Positions 12,001 to 25,200 of a DNA stretch of 64,000 bases are shown here, piece by piece. This stretch comes from Auanema rhodensis (Eukaryota; Animalia; Nematoda). The DNA is taken from contig OZ059900.1 of assembly GCA_964057225.1 (NCBI GenBank), positions 16,864,001 through 16,928,000 of the forward strand, in the 5' to 3' direction. The notes under the pieces are model-generated. The model was not told the origin of the DNA and did not search any database. It saw nothing but the letters and a program-made list of their open reading frames with translations. A program made the position numbers and the translations under genes. Position 1 is the stretch's first letter. Each line of letters begins with the position of its first letter.

Positions 12001-15000
12001 ACATGAAATCGTAAGTCAAAACCTTGTTTACAGCGAAATTTCCAAAAACTGGTTTTCCAGCATAATAAAATATTTCTCATGGGAAATACTGTGTTTTTGT
12101 ATTTTTCTAGTGTTCAGCATGTAAAATGCTTCATTTTAGTATGTAACACGCTGAAATTCGTTGCATTTGACGACTCATATGAACAAAAATCGATTTAATC
12201 AATATTAGCCATAAGGGGCGTGCCCTCAGAATATGCTAATTTCCTTAATTTTCTAACCCTTGTTTTTTTGTCGTGAAAGTGGAACTAGACGTTGTACAAA
12301 CAATTTTGAGCTAGGTTTCATTGACATTGCATGAGTTTGAACACATGAAATCGTAAGTCAAAACCTTGTTTACAGCGAAATTTCCAAAAACTGGTTTTCC
12401 AGCATGATAAAATATTTCTCATGGGAAATACTGTGTTTTTGTATTTTTCTAGTGTTCAGCATGTAAAATGCTTCATTTTAGTATGTAACACGCTGAAATT
12501 CGTTGCATTTGACGACTCATATGAACAAAAATCGATTTAATCAATATTAGCCATAAGGGGCGTGCCCTCAGAATATGCTAATTTCTTTAATTTTCTAACC
12601 CCTGTTTTTTTGTCGTGAAAGTGGAACTAGACGTTGTACGAACAATTTTGAGCTAGGTTTCATTGACATTGCATGAGTTTGAACACATGAAATCGTAAGT
12701 CAAAACCTTGTTTACAGCGAAATTTCCAAAAACTGGTTTTCCAGCATAATAAAATATTTCTCATGGGAAATACTGTGTTTTTGTATTCTTCTAGTGTTCA
12801 GCATGTAAAATGCTTCATTTTAGTATGTAACACGCTGAAATTCGTTGCATTTGACGACTCATATGAACAAAAATCGATTTAATCAATATTAGCCATAAGG
12901 GGCGTGCCCTCAGAATATGCTAATTTCCTTAATTTTCTAACCCCTGTTTTTTTGTCGTGAAAGTGGAACTAGACGTTGTACGAACAATTTTGAGCTAGGT
13001 TTCATTGACATTGCATGAGTTTGAACACATGAAATCGTAAGTCAAAACCTTGTTTACAGCGAAATTTCCACAAACTGGTTTTCCAGCATGATAAAATATT
13101 TCTCATGGGAAATACTGTGTTTTTGTATTCTTCTAGTGTTCAGCATGTAAAATGCTTCATTTTAGTATGTAACACGCTGAAATTCGTTGCATTTGACGAC
13201 TCATATGAACAAAAATCGATTTAATCAATATTAGCCATAAGGGGCGTGCCCTCAGAATATGCTAATTTCCTTAATTTTCTAACCCCTGTTTTTTTGTCGT
13301 GAAAGTGGAACTAGACGTTGTACGAACAATTTTGAGCTAGGTTTCATTGACATTGCATGAGTTTGAACACATGAAATCGTAAGTCAAAACCTTGTTTACA
13401 GCGAAATTTCCAAAAACTGGTTTTCCAGCATAATAAAATATTTCTCATGGGAAATACTGTGTTTTTGTATTTTTCTAGTGTTCAGCATGTAAAATGCTTC
13501 ATTTTAGTATGTAACACGCTGAAATTCGTTGCATTTGACGACTCATATGAACAAAAATCGATTTAATCAATATTAGCCATAAGGGGCGTGCCCTCAGAAT
13601 ATGCTAATTTCCTTAATTTTCTAACCCCTGTTTTTTTGTCGTGAAAGTGGAACTAGACGTTGTACGAACAATTTTGAGCTAGGTTTCATTGACATTGCAT
13701 GAGTTTGAACACATGAAATCGTAAGTCAAAACCTTGTTTACAGCGAAATTTCCAAAAACTGGTTTTCCAGCATAATAAAATATTTCTCATGGGAAATACT
13801 GTGTTTTTGTATTTTTCTAGTGTTCAGCATGTAAAATGCTTCATTTTAGTATGTAACACGCTGAAATTCGTTGCATTTGACGACTCATATGAACAAAAAT
13901 CGATTTAATCAATATTAGCCATAAGGGGCGTGCCCTCAGAATATGCTAATTTCCTTAATTTTCTAACCCCTGTTTTTTTGTCGTGAAAGTGGAACTAGAC
14001 GTTGTACGAACAATTTTGAGCTAGGTTTCATTGACATTGCATGAGTTTGAACACATGAAATCGTAAGTCAAAACCTTGTTTACAGCGAAATTTCCAAAAA
14101 CTGGTTTTCCAGCATAATAAAATATTTCTCATGGGAAATACTGTGTTTTTGTATTCTTCTAGTGTTCAGCATGTGAAATGCTTCATTTTAGTGTGTAACA
14201 CGCTGAAATTCGTTGCATTTGACGACTCATATGAACAAAAATCGATTTAATCAATATTAGCCATAAGGGGCGTGCCCTCAGAATATGCTAATTTCCTTAA
14301 TTTTCTAACCCCTGTTTTTTTGTCGTGAAAGTGGAACTAGACGTTGTACGAACAATTTTGAGCTAGGTTTCATTGACATTGCATGAGTTTGAACACATGA
14401 AATCGTAAGTCAAAACCTTGTTTACAGCGAAATTTCCACAAACTGGTTTTCCAGCATAATAAAATATTTCTCATGGGAAATACTGTGTTTTTGTATTCTT
14501 CTAGTGTTCAGCATGTAAAATGCTTCATTTTAGTATGTAACACGCTGAAATTCGTTGCATTTGACGACTCATATGAACAAAAATCGATTTAATCAATATT
14601 AGCCATAAGGGGCGTGCCCTCAGAATATGCTAATTTCCTTAATTTTCTAACCCCTGTTTTTTTGTCGTGAAAGTGGAACTAGACGTTGTACGAACAATTT
14701 TGAGCTAGGTTTCATTGACATTGCATGAGTTTGAACACATGAAATCGTAAGTCAAAACCTTGTTTACAGCGAAATTTCCAAAAACTGGTTTTCCAGCATA
14801 ATAAAACATTTCTCATGGGAAATACTGTGTTTTTGTATTTTTCTAGTGTTCAGCATGTAAAATGCTTCATTTTAGTATGTAACACGCTGAAATTCGTTGC
14901 ATTTGACGACTCATATGAACAAAAATCGATTTAATCAATATTAGCCATAAGGGGCGTGCCCTCAGAATATGCTAATTTCCTTAATTTTCTAACCCTTGTT

Positions 15001-18000
15001 TTTTTGTCGTGAAAGTGGAACTAGACGTTGTACGAACAATTTTGAGCTAGGTTTCATTGACATTGCATGAGTTTGAACACATGAAATCGTAAGTCAAAAC
15101 CTTGTTTACAGCGAAATTTCGAAAAACTGGTTTTCCAGCATAATAAAATATTTCTCATGGGAAATACTGTGTTTTTGTATTCTTCTAGTGTTCAGCATGT
15201 GAAATGCTTCATTTTAGTGTGTAACACGCTGAAATTCGTTGCATTTGACGACTCATATGAACAAAAATCGATTTAATCAATATTAGCCATAAGGGGCGTG
15301 CCCTCAGAATATGCTAATTTCCTTAATTTTCTAACCCCTGTTTTTTTGTCGTGAAAGTGGAACTAGACGTTGTACGAACAATTTTGAGCTAGGTTTCATT
15401 GACATTGCATGAGTTTGAACACATGAAATCGTAAGTCAAAACCTTGTTTACAGCGAAATTTCCAAAAACTGGTTTTCCAGCATAATAAAATATTTCTCAT
15501 GGGAAATACTGTGTTTTTGTATTCTTCTAGTGTTCAGCATGTGAAATGCTTCATTTTAGTGTGTAACACGCTGAAATTCGTTGCATTTGACGACTCATAT
15601 GAACAAAAATCGATTTAATCAATATTAGCCATAAGGGGCGTGCCCTCAGAATATGCTAATTTCCTTAATTTTCTAACCCCTGTTTTTTTGTCGTGAAAGT
15701 GGAACTAGACGTTGTACGAACAATTTTGAGCTAGGTTTCATTGACATTGCATGAGTTTGAACACATGAAATCGTAAGTCAAAACCTTGTTTACAGCGAAA
15801 TTTCCACAAACTGGTTTTCCAGCATAATAAAATATTTCTCATGGGAAATACTGTGTTTTTGTATTCTTCTAGTGTTCAGCATGTAAAATGCTTCATTTTA
15901 GTATGTAACACGCTGAAATTCGTTGCATTTGACGACTCATATGAACAAAAATCGATTTAATCAATATTAGCCATAAGAGGCGTGCCCTCAGAATATGCTA
16001 ATTTCCTTAATTTTCTAACCCCTGTTTTTTTGTCGTGAAAGTGGAACTAGACGTTGTAGGAACAATTTTGAGCTAGGTTTCATTGACATTGCATGAGTTT
16101 GAACACATGAAATCGTAAGTCAAAAACTTGTTTACAGCGAAATTTCCAAAAACTGGTTTTCCAGCATAATAAAATATTTCTCATGGGAAATACTGTGTTT
16201 TTGTATTTTTCTAGTGTTCAGCATGTGAAATGCTTCATTGTATGTAACACGCTGAAATTCGTTGCATTTGACGACTCATATGAACAAAAATCGATTTAAT
16301 CAATATTAGCCATAAGGGGCGTGCCCTCAGAATATGCTAATTTCCTTAATTTTCTAACCCCTGTTTTTTTGTCGTGAAAGTGGAACTAGACGTTGTACGA
16401 ACAATTTTGAGCTAGGTTTCATTGACATTGCATGAGTTTGAACACATGAAATCGTAAGTCAAAACCTTGTTTACAGCGAAATTTCCAAAAACTGGTTTTC
16501 CAGCATAATAAAACATTTCTCATGGGAAATACTGTGTTTTTGTATTTTTCTAGTGTTCAGCATGTAAAATGCTTCATTTTAGTATGTAACACGCTGAAAT
16601 TCGTTGCATTTGACGACTCATATGAACAAAAATCGATTTAATCAATATTAGCCATAAGGGGCGTGCCCTCAGAATATGCTAATTTCCTTAATTTTCTAAC
16701 CCTTGTTTTTTTGTCGTGAAAGTGGAACTAGACGTTGTACGAACAATTTTGAGCTAGGTTTCATTGACATTGCATGAGTTTGAACACATGAAATCGTAAG
16801 TCAAAACCTTGTTTACAGCGAAATTTCGAAAAACTGGTTTTCCAGCATAATAAAATATTTCTCATGGGAAATACTGTGTTTTTGTATTCTTCTAGTGTTC
16901 AGCATGTGAAATGCTTCATTTTAGTGTGTAACACGCTGAAATTCGTTGCATTTGACGACTCATATGAACAAAAATCGATTTAATCAATATTAGCCATAAG
17001 GGGCGTGCCCTCAGAATATGCTAATTTCCTTAATTTTCTAACCCCTGTTTTTTTGTCGTGAAAGTGGAACTAGACGTTGTACGAACAATTTTGAGCTAGG
17101 TTTCATTGACATTGCATGAGTTTGAACACATGAAATCGTAAGTCAAAACCTTGTTTACAGCGAAATTTCCAAAAACTGGTTTTCCAGCATAATAAAATAT
17201 TTCTCATGGGAAATACTGTGTTTTTGTATTTTTCTAGTGTTCAGCATGTAAAATGCTTCATTTTAGTATGTAACACGCTGAAATTCGTTGCACTTGACGA
17301 CTCATATGAACAAAAATCGATTTAATCAATATTAGCCATAAGGGGCGTGCCCTCAGAATATGCTAATTTCCTTAATTTTCTAACCCTTGTTTTTTTGTCG
17401 TGAAAGTGGAACTAGACGTTGTACAAACAATTTTGAGCTAGGTTTCATTGACATTGCATGAGTTTGAACACATGAAATCGTAAGTCAAAACCTTGTTTAC
17501 AGCGAAATTTCCAAAAACTGGTTTTCCAGCATGATAAAATATTTCTCATGGGAAATACTGTGTTTTTGTATTTTTCTAGTGTTCAGCATGTAAAATGCTT
17601 CATTTTAGTATGTAACACGCTGAAATTCGTTGCATTTGACGACTCATATGAACAAAAATCGATTTAATCAATATTAGCCATAAGGGGCGTGCCCTCAGAA
17701 TATGCTAATTTCCTTAATTTTCTAACCCCTGTTTTTTTGTCGTGAAAGTGGAACTAGACGTTGTACGAACAATTTTGAGCTAGGTTTCATTGACATTGCA
17801 TGAGTTTGAACACATGAAATCGTAAGTCAAAACCTTGTTTACAGCGAAATTTCCACAAACTGGTTTTCCAGCATAATAAAATATTTCTCATGGGAAATAC
17901 TGTGTTTTTGTATTCTTCTAGTGTTCAGCATGTAAAATGCTTCATTTTAGTATGTAACACGCTGAAATTCGTTGCATTTGACGACTCATATGAACAAAAA

Positions 18001-19486
18001 TCGATTTAATCAATATTAGCCATAAGGGGCGTGCCCTCAGAATATGCTAATTTCCTTAATTTTCTAACCCCTGTTTTTTTGTCGTGAAAGTGGAACTAGA
18101 CGTTGTACGAACAATTTTGAGCTAGGTTTCATTGACATTGCATGAGTTTGAACACATGAAATCGTAAGTCAAAACCTTGTTTACAGCGAAATTTCCAAAA
18201 ACTGGTTTTCCAGCATAATAAAATATTTATCATGGGAAATACTGTGTTTTTGTATTTTTCTAGTGTTCAGCATGTAAAATGCTTCATTTTAGTATGTAAC
18301 ACGCTGAAATTCGTTGCATTTGACGACTCATATGAACAAAAATCGATTTAATCAATATTAGCCATAAGGGGCGTGCCCTCAGAATATGCTAATTTCCTTA
18401 ATTTTCTAACCCTTGTTTTTTTGTCGTGAAAGTGGAACTAGACGTTGTACGAACAATTTTGAGCTAGGTTTCATTGACATTGCATGAGTTTGAACACATG
18501 AAATCGTAAGTCAAAACCTTGTTTACAGCGAAATTTCGAAAAACTGGTTTTCCAGCATAATAAAATATTTCTCATGGGAAATACTGTGTTTTTGTATTCT
18601 TCTAGTGTTCAGCATGTGAAATGCTTCATTTTAGTGTGTAACACGCTGAAATTCGTTGCATTTGACGACTCATATGAACAAAAATCGATTTAATCAATAT
18701 TAGCCATAAGGGGCGTGCCCTCAGAATATGCTAATTTCCTTAATTTTCTAACCCCTGTTTTTTTGTCGTGAAAGTGGAACTAGACGTTGTACAAACAATT
18801 TTGAGCTAGGTTTCATTGACATTGCATGAGTTTGAACACATGAAATCGTAAGTCAAAACCTTGTTTACAGCGAAATTTCCAAAAACTGGTTTTCCAGCAT
18901 AATAAAATATTTCTCATGGGAAATACTGTGTTTTTGTATTTTTCTAGTGTTCAGCATGTAAAATGCTTCATTTTAGTATGTAACACGCTGAAATTCGTTG
19001 CATTTGACGACTCATATGAACAAAAATCGATTTAATCAATATTAGCCATAAGGGGCGTGCCCTCAGAATATGCTAATTTCCTTAATTTTCTAACCCTTGT
19101 TTTTTTGTCGTGAAAGTGGAACTAGACGTTGTACAAACAATTTTGAGCTAGGTTTCATTGACATTGCATGAGTTTGAACACATGAAATCGTAAGTCAAAA
19201 CCTTGTTTACAGCGAAATTTCCAAAAACTGGTTTTCCAGCATGATAAAATATTTCTCATGGGAAATACTGTGTTTTTGTATTTTTCTAGTGTTCAGCATG
19301 TAAAATGCTTCATTTTAGTATGTAACACGCTGAAATTCGTTGCATTTGACGACTCATATGAACAAAAATCGATTTAATCAATATTAGCCATAAGGGGCGT
19401 GCCCTCAGAATATGCTAATTTCCTTAATTTTCTAACCCCTGTTTTTTTGTCGTGAAAGTGGAACTAGACGTTGTACGAACAATTTT

Positions 19487-22222
19487 GAGCTAGGTTTCAT
19501 TGACATTGCATGAGTTTGAACACATGAAATCGTAAGTCAAAACCTTGTTTACAGCGAAATTTCCACAAACTGGTTTTCCAGCATAATAAAATATTTCTCA
19601 TGGGAAATACTGTGTTTTTGTATTCTTCTAGTGTTCAGCATGTGAAATGCTTCATTTTAGTGTGTAACACGCTGAAATTCGTTGCATTTGACGACTCATA
19701 TGAACAAAAATCGATTTAATCAATATTAGCCATAAGGGGCGTGCCCTCAGAATATGCTAATTTCCTTAATTTTCTAACCCCCGTTTTTTTGTCGTGAAAG
19801 TGGAACTAGACGTTGTACGAACAATTTTGAGCTAGGTTTCATTGACATTGCATGAGTTTGAACACATGAAATCGTAAGTCAAAACCTTGTTTACAGCGAA
19901 ATTTCCAAAAACTGGTTTTCCAGCATGATAAAATATTTCTCATGGGAAATACTGTGTTTTTGTATTCTTCTAGTGTTCAGCATGTGAAATGCTTCATTTT
20001 AGTGTGTAACACGCTGAAATTCGTTGCATTTGACGACTCATATGAACAAAAATCGATTTAATCAATATTAGCCATAAGGGGCGTGCCCTCAGAATATGCT
20101 AATTTCCTTAATTTTCTAACCCCTGTTTTTTTGTCGTGAAAGTGGAACTAGACGTTGTACAAACAATTTTGAGCTAGGTTTCATTGACATTGCATGAGTT
20201 TGAACACATGAAATCGTAAGTCAAAACCTTGTTTACAGCGAAATTTCCAAAAACTGGTTTTCCAGCATAATAAAATATTTCTCATGGGAAATACTGTGTT
20301 TTTGTATTCTTCTAGTGTTCAGCATGTGAAATGCTTCATTTTAGTGTGTAACACGCTGAAATTCGTTGCATTTGACGACTCATATGAACAAAAATCGATT
20401 TAATCAATATTAGCCATAAGGGGCGTGCCCTCAGAATATGCTAATTTCCTTAATTTTCTAACCCCTGTTTTTTTGTCGTGAAAGTGGAACTAGACGTTGT
20501 ACAAACAATTTTGAGCTAGGTTTCATTGACATTGCATGAGTTTGAACACATGAAATCGTAAGTCAAAACCTTGTTTACAGCGAAATTTCCAAAAACTGGT
20601 TTTCCAGCATAATAAAATATTTCTCATGGGAAATACTGTGTTTTTGTATTTTTCTAGTGTTCAGCATGTAAAATGCTTCATTTTAGTATGTAACACGCTG
20701 AAATTCGTTGCATTTGACGACTCATATGAACAAAAATCGATTTAATCAATATTAGCCATAAGGGGCGTGCCCTCAGAATATGCTAATTTCCTTAATTTTC
20801 TAACCCTTGTTTTTTTGTCGTGAAAGTGGAACTAGACGTTGTACAAACAATTTTGAGCTAGGTTTCATTGACATTGCATGAGTTTGAACACATGAAATCG
20901 TAAGTCAAAACCTTGTTTACAGCGAAATTTCCACAAACTGGTTTTCCAGCATAATAAAATATTTCTCATGGGAAATACTGTGTTTTTGTATTCTTCTAGT
21001 GTTCAGCATGTGAAATGCTTCATTTTAGTGTGTAACACGCTGAAATTCGTTGCATTTGACGACTCATATGAACAAAAATCGATTTAATCAATATTAGCCA
21101 TAAGGGGCGTGCCCTCAGAATATGCTAATTTCCTTAATTTTCTAACCCCCGTTTTTTTGTCGTGAAAGTGGAACTAGACGTTGTACGAACAATTTTGAGC
21201 TAGGTTTCATTGACATTGCATGAGTTTGAACACATGAAATCGTAAGTCAAAACCTTGTTTACAGCGAAATTTCCAAAAACTGGTTTTCCAGCATGATAAA
21301 ATATTTCTCATGGGAAATACTGTGTTTTTGTATTCTTCTAGTGTTCAGCATGTGAAATGCTTCATTTTAGTGTGTAACACGCTGAAATTCGTTGCATTTG
21401 ACGACTCATATGAACAAAAATCGATTTAATCAATATTAGCCATAAGGGGCGTGCCCTCAGAATATGCTAATTTCCTTAATTTTCTAACCCCTGTTTTTTT
21501 GTCGTGAAAGTGGAACTAGACGTTGTACAAACAATTTTGAGCTAGGTTTCATTGACATTGCATGAGTTTGAACACATGAAATCGTAAGTCAAAACCTTGT
21601 TTACAGCGAAATTTCCAAAAACTGGTTTTCCAGCATAATAAAATATTTCTCATGGGAAATACTGTGTTTTTGTATTCTTCTAGTGTTCAGCATGTGAAAT
21701 GCTTCATTTTAGTGTGTAACACGCTGAAATTCGTTGCATTTGACGACTCATATGAACAAAAATCGATTTAATCAATATTAGCCATAAGGGGCGTGCCCTC
21801 AGAATATGCTAATTTCCTTAATTTTCTAACCCCTGTTTTTTTGTCGTGAAAGTGGAACTAGACGTTGTACAAACAATTTTGAGCTAGGTTTCATTGACAT
21901 TGCATGAGTTTGAACACATGAAATCGTAAGTCAAAACCTTGTTTACAGCGAAATTTCCAAAAACTGGTTTTCCAGCATAATAAAATATTTCTCATGGGAA
22001 ATACTGTGTTTTTGTATTTTTCTAGTGTTCAGCATGTAAAATGCTTCATTTTAGTATGTAACACGCTGAAATTCGTTGCATTTGACGACTCATATGAACA
22101 AAAATCGATTTAATCAATATTAGCCATAAGGGGCGTGCCCTCAGAATATGCTAATTTCCTTAATTTTCTAACCCTTGTTTTTTTGTCGTGAAAGTGGAAC
22201 TAGACGTTGTACAAACAATTTT
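19487..22222. repeat. Satellite A higher-order tandem duplication, 4 monomers (1368 bp) x2
   Basis: The rare variant AACCCCCG occurs in the monomers starting at 19487 and 20855. The variant order of the next three monomers also repeats. Confidence 0.88.
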
Positions 22223-25200
22223 GAGCTAGGTTTCATTGACATTGCATGAGTTTGAACACATGAAATCGTAAGTCAAAACCTTGTTTACAGCGAAATTTCC
22301 AAAAACTGGTTTTCCAGCATGATAAAATATTTCTCATGGGAAATACTGTGTTTTTGTATTTTTCTAGTGTTCAGCATGTAAAATGCTTCATTTTAGTATG
22401 TAACACGCTGAAATTCGTTGCATTTGACGACTCATATGAACAAAAATCGATTTAATCAATATTAGCCATAAGGGGCGTGCCCTCAGAATATGCTAATTTC
22501 CTTAATTTTCTAACCCCTGTTTTTTTGTCGTGAAAGTGGAACTAGACGTTGTACGAACAATTTTGAGCTAGGTTTCATTGACATTGCATGAGTTTGAACA
22601 CATGAAATCGTAAGTCAAAACCTTGTTTACAGCGAAATTTCCAAAAACTGGTTTTCCAGCATAATAAAATATTTCTCATGGGAAATACTGTGTTTTTGTA
22701 TTTTTCTAGTGTTCAGCATGTAAAATGCTTCATTTTAGTATGTAACACGCTGAAATTCGTTGCATTTGACGACTCATATGAACAAAAATCGATTTAATCA
22801 ATATTAGCCATAAGGGGCGTGCCCTCAGAATATGCTAATTTCCTTAATTTTCTAACCCCTGTTTTTTTGTCGTGAAAGTGGAACTAGACGTTGTACGAAC
22901 AATTTTGAGCTAGGTTTCATTGACATTGCATGAGTTTGAACACATGAAATCGTAAGTCAAAACCTTGTTTACAGCGAAATTTCCAAAAACTGGTTTTCCA
23001 GCATAATAAAATATTTCTCATGGGAAATACTGTGTTTTTGTATTTTTCTAGTGTTCAGCATGTAAAATGCTTCATTTTAGTATGTAACACGCTGAAATTC
23101 GTTGCATTTGACGACTCATATGAACAAAAATCGATTTAATCAATATTAGCCATAAGGGGCGTGCCCTCAGAATATGCTAATTTCCTTAATTTTCTAACCC
23201 CTGTTTTTTTGTCGTGAAAGTGGAACTAGACGTTGTACGAACAATTTTGAGCTAGGTTTCATTGACATTGCATGAGTTTGAACACATGAAATCGTAAGTC
23301 AAAACCTTGTTTACAGCGAAATTTCCAAAAACTGGTTTTCCAGCATAATAAAATATTTCTCATGGGGAATACTGTGTTTTTGTATTTTTCTAGTGTTCAG
23401 CATGTAAAATGCTTCATTTTAGTATGTAACACGCTGAAATTCGTTGCATTTGACGACTCATATGAACAAAAATCGATTTAATCAATATTAGCCATGAGGG
23501 GCGTGCCCTCAGAATATGCTAATTTCCTTAATTTTCTAACCCCTGTTTTTTTGTCGTGAAAGTGGAACTAGACGTTGTACGAACAATTTTGAGCTAGGTT
23601 TCATTGACATTGCATGAGTTTGAACACATGAAATCGTAAGTCAAAACCTTGTTTACAGCGAAATTTCCAAAAACTGGTTTTCCAGCATAATAAAATATTT
23701 CTCATGGGAAATACTGTGTTTTTGTATTTTTCTAGTGTTCAGCATGTAAAATGCTTCATTTTAGTTTGTAACACGCTGAAATTCGTTCCATTTGACGACT
23801 CATATGAACGAAAATCGATTTAATCAATATTAGCCATAAGGGGCGTGCCCTCAGAATATGCTAATTTCCTTAATTTTCTAACCCCTGTTTTTTTGTCGTG
23901 AAAGTGGAACTAGACGTTGTACGAACAATTTTGAGCTAGGTTTCATTGACATTGCATGAGTTTGAACACATGAAATCGTAAGTCAAAACCTTGTTTACAG
24001 CGAAATTTCCAAAAACTGGTTTTCCAGCATAATAAAATATTTCTCATGGGGAATACTGTGTTTTTGTATTTTTCTAGTGTTCAGCATGTAAAATGCTTCA
24101 TTTTAGTATGTAACACGCTGAAATTCGTTGCATTTGACGACTCATATGAACAAAAATCGATTTAATCAATATTAGCCATGAGGGGCGTGCCCTCAGAATA
24201 TGCTAATTTCCTTAATTTTCTAACCCCTGTTTTTTTGTCGTGAAAGTGGAACTAGACGTTGTACGAACAATTTTGAGCTAGGTTTCATTGACATTGCATG
24301 AGTTTGAACACATGAAATCGTAAGTCAAAACCTTGTTTACAGCGAAATTTCCAAAAACTGGTTTTCCAGCATAATAAAATATTTCTCATGGGAAACACTG
24401 TGTTTTTGTATTTTTCTAGTGTTCAGCATGTAAAATGCTTCATTTTAGTTTGTAACACGCTGAAATTCGTTGCATTTGACGACTCATATGAACAAAAATC
24501 GATTTAATCAATATTAGCCATAAGGGGCGTGCCCTCAGAATATGCTAATTTCCTTAATTTTCTAACCCCTGTTTTTTTGTCGTGAAAGTGGAACTAGACG
24601 TTGTACGAACAATTTTGAGCTAGGTTTCATTGACATTGCATGAGTTTGAACACATGAAATCGTAAGTCAAAACCTTGTTTACAGCGAAATTTCCAAAAAC
24701 TGGTTTTCCAGCATAATAAAATATTTCTCATGGGAAATACTGTGTTTTTGTATTTTTCTAGTGTTCAGCATGTAAAATGCTTCATTTTAGTATGTAACAC
24801 GCTGAAATTCGTTGCATTTGACGACTCATATGAACAAAAATCGATTTAATCAATATTAGCCATAAGGGGCGTGCCCTCAGAATATGCTAATTTCCTTAAT
24901 TTTCTAACCCCTGTTTTTTTGTTGTGAAAGTGGAACTAGACGTTGTACGAACAATTTTGAGCTAGGTTTCATTGACATTGCATGAGTTTGAACACATGAA
25001 ATCGTAAGTCAAAACCTTGTTTACAGCGAAATTTCCAAAAACTGGTTTTCCAGCATAATAAAATATTTCTCATGGGAAATACTGTGTTTTTGTATTTTTC
25101 TAGTGTTCAGCATGTAAAATGCTTCATTTTAGTATGTAACACGCTGAAATTCGTTGCATTTGACGACTCATATGAACAAAAATCGATTTAATCAATATTA

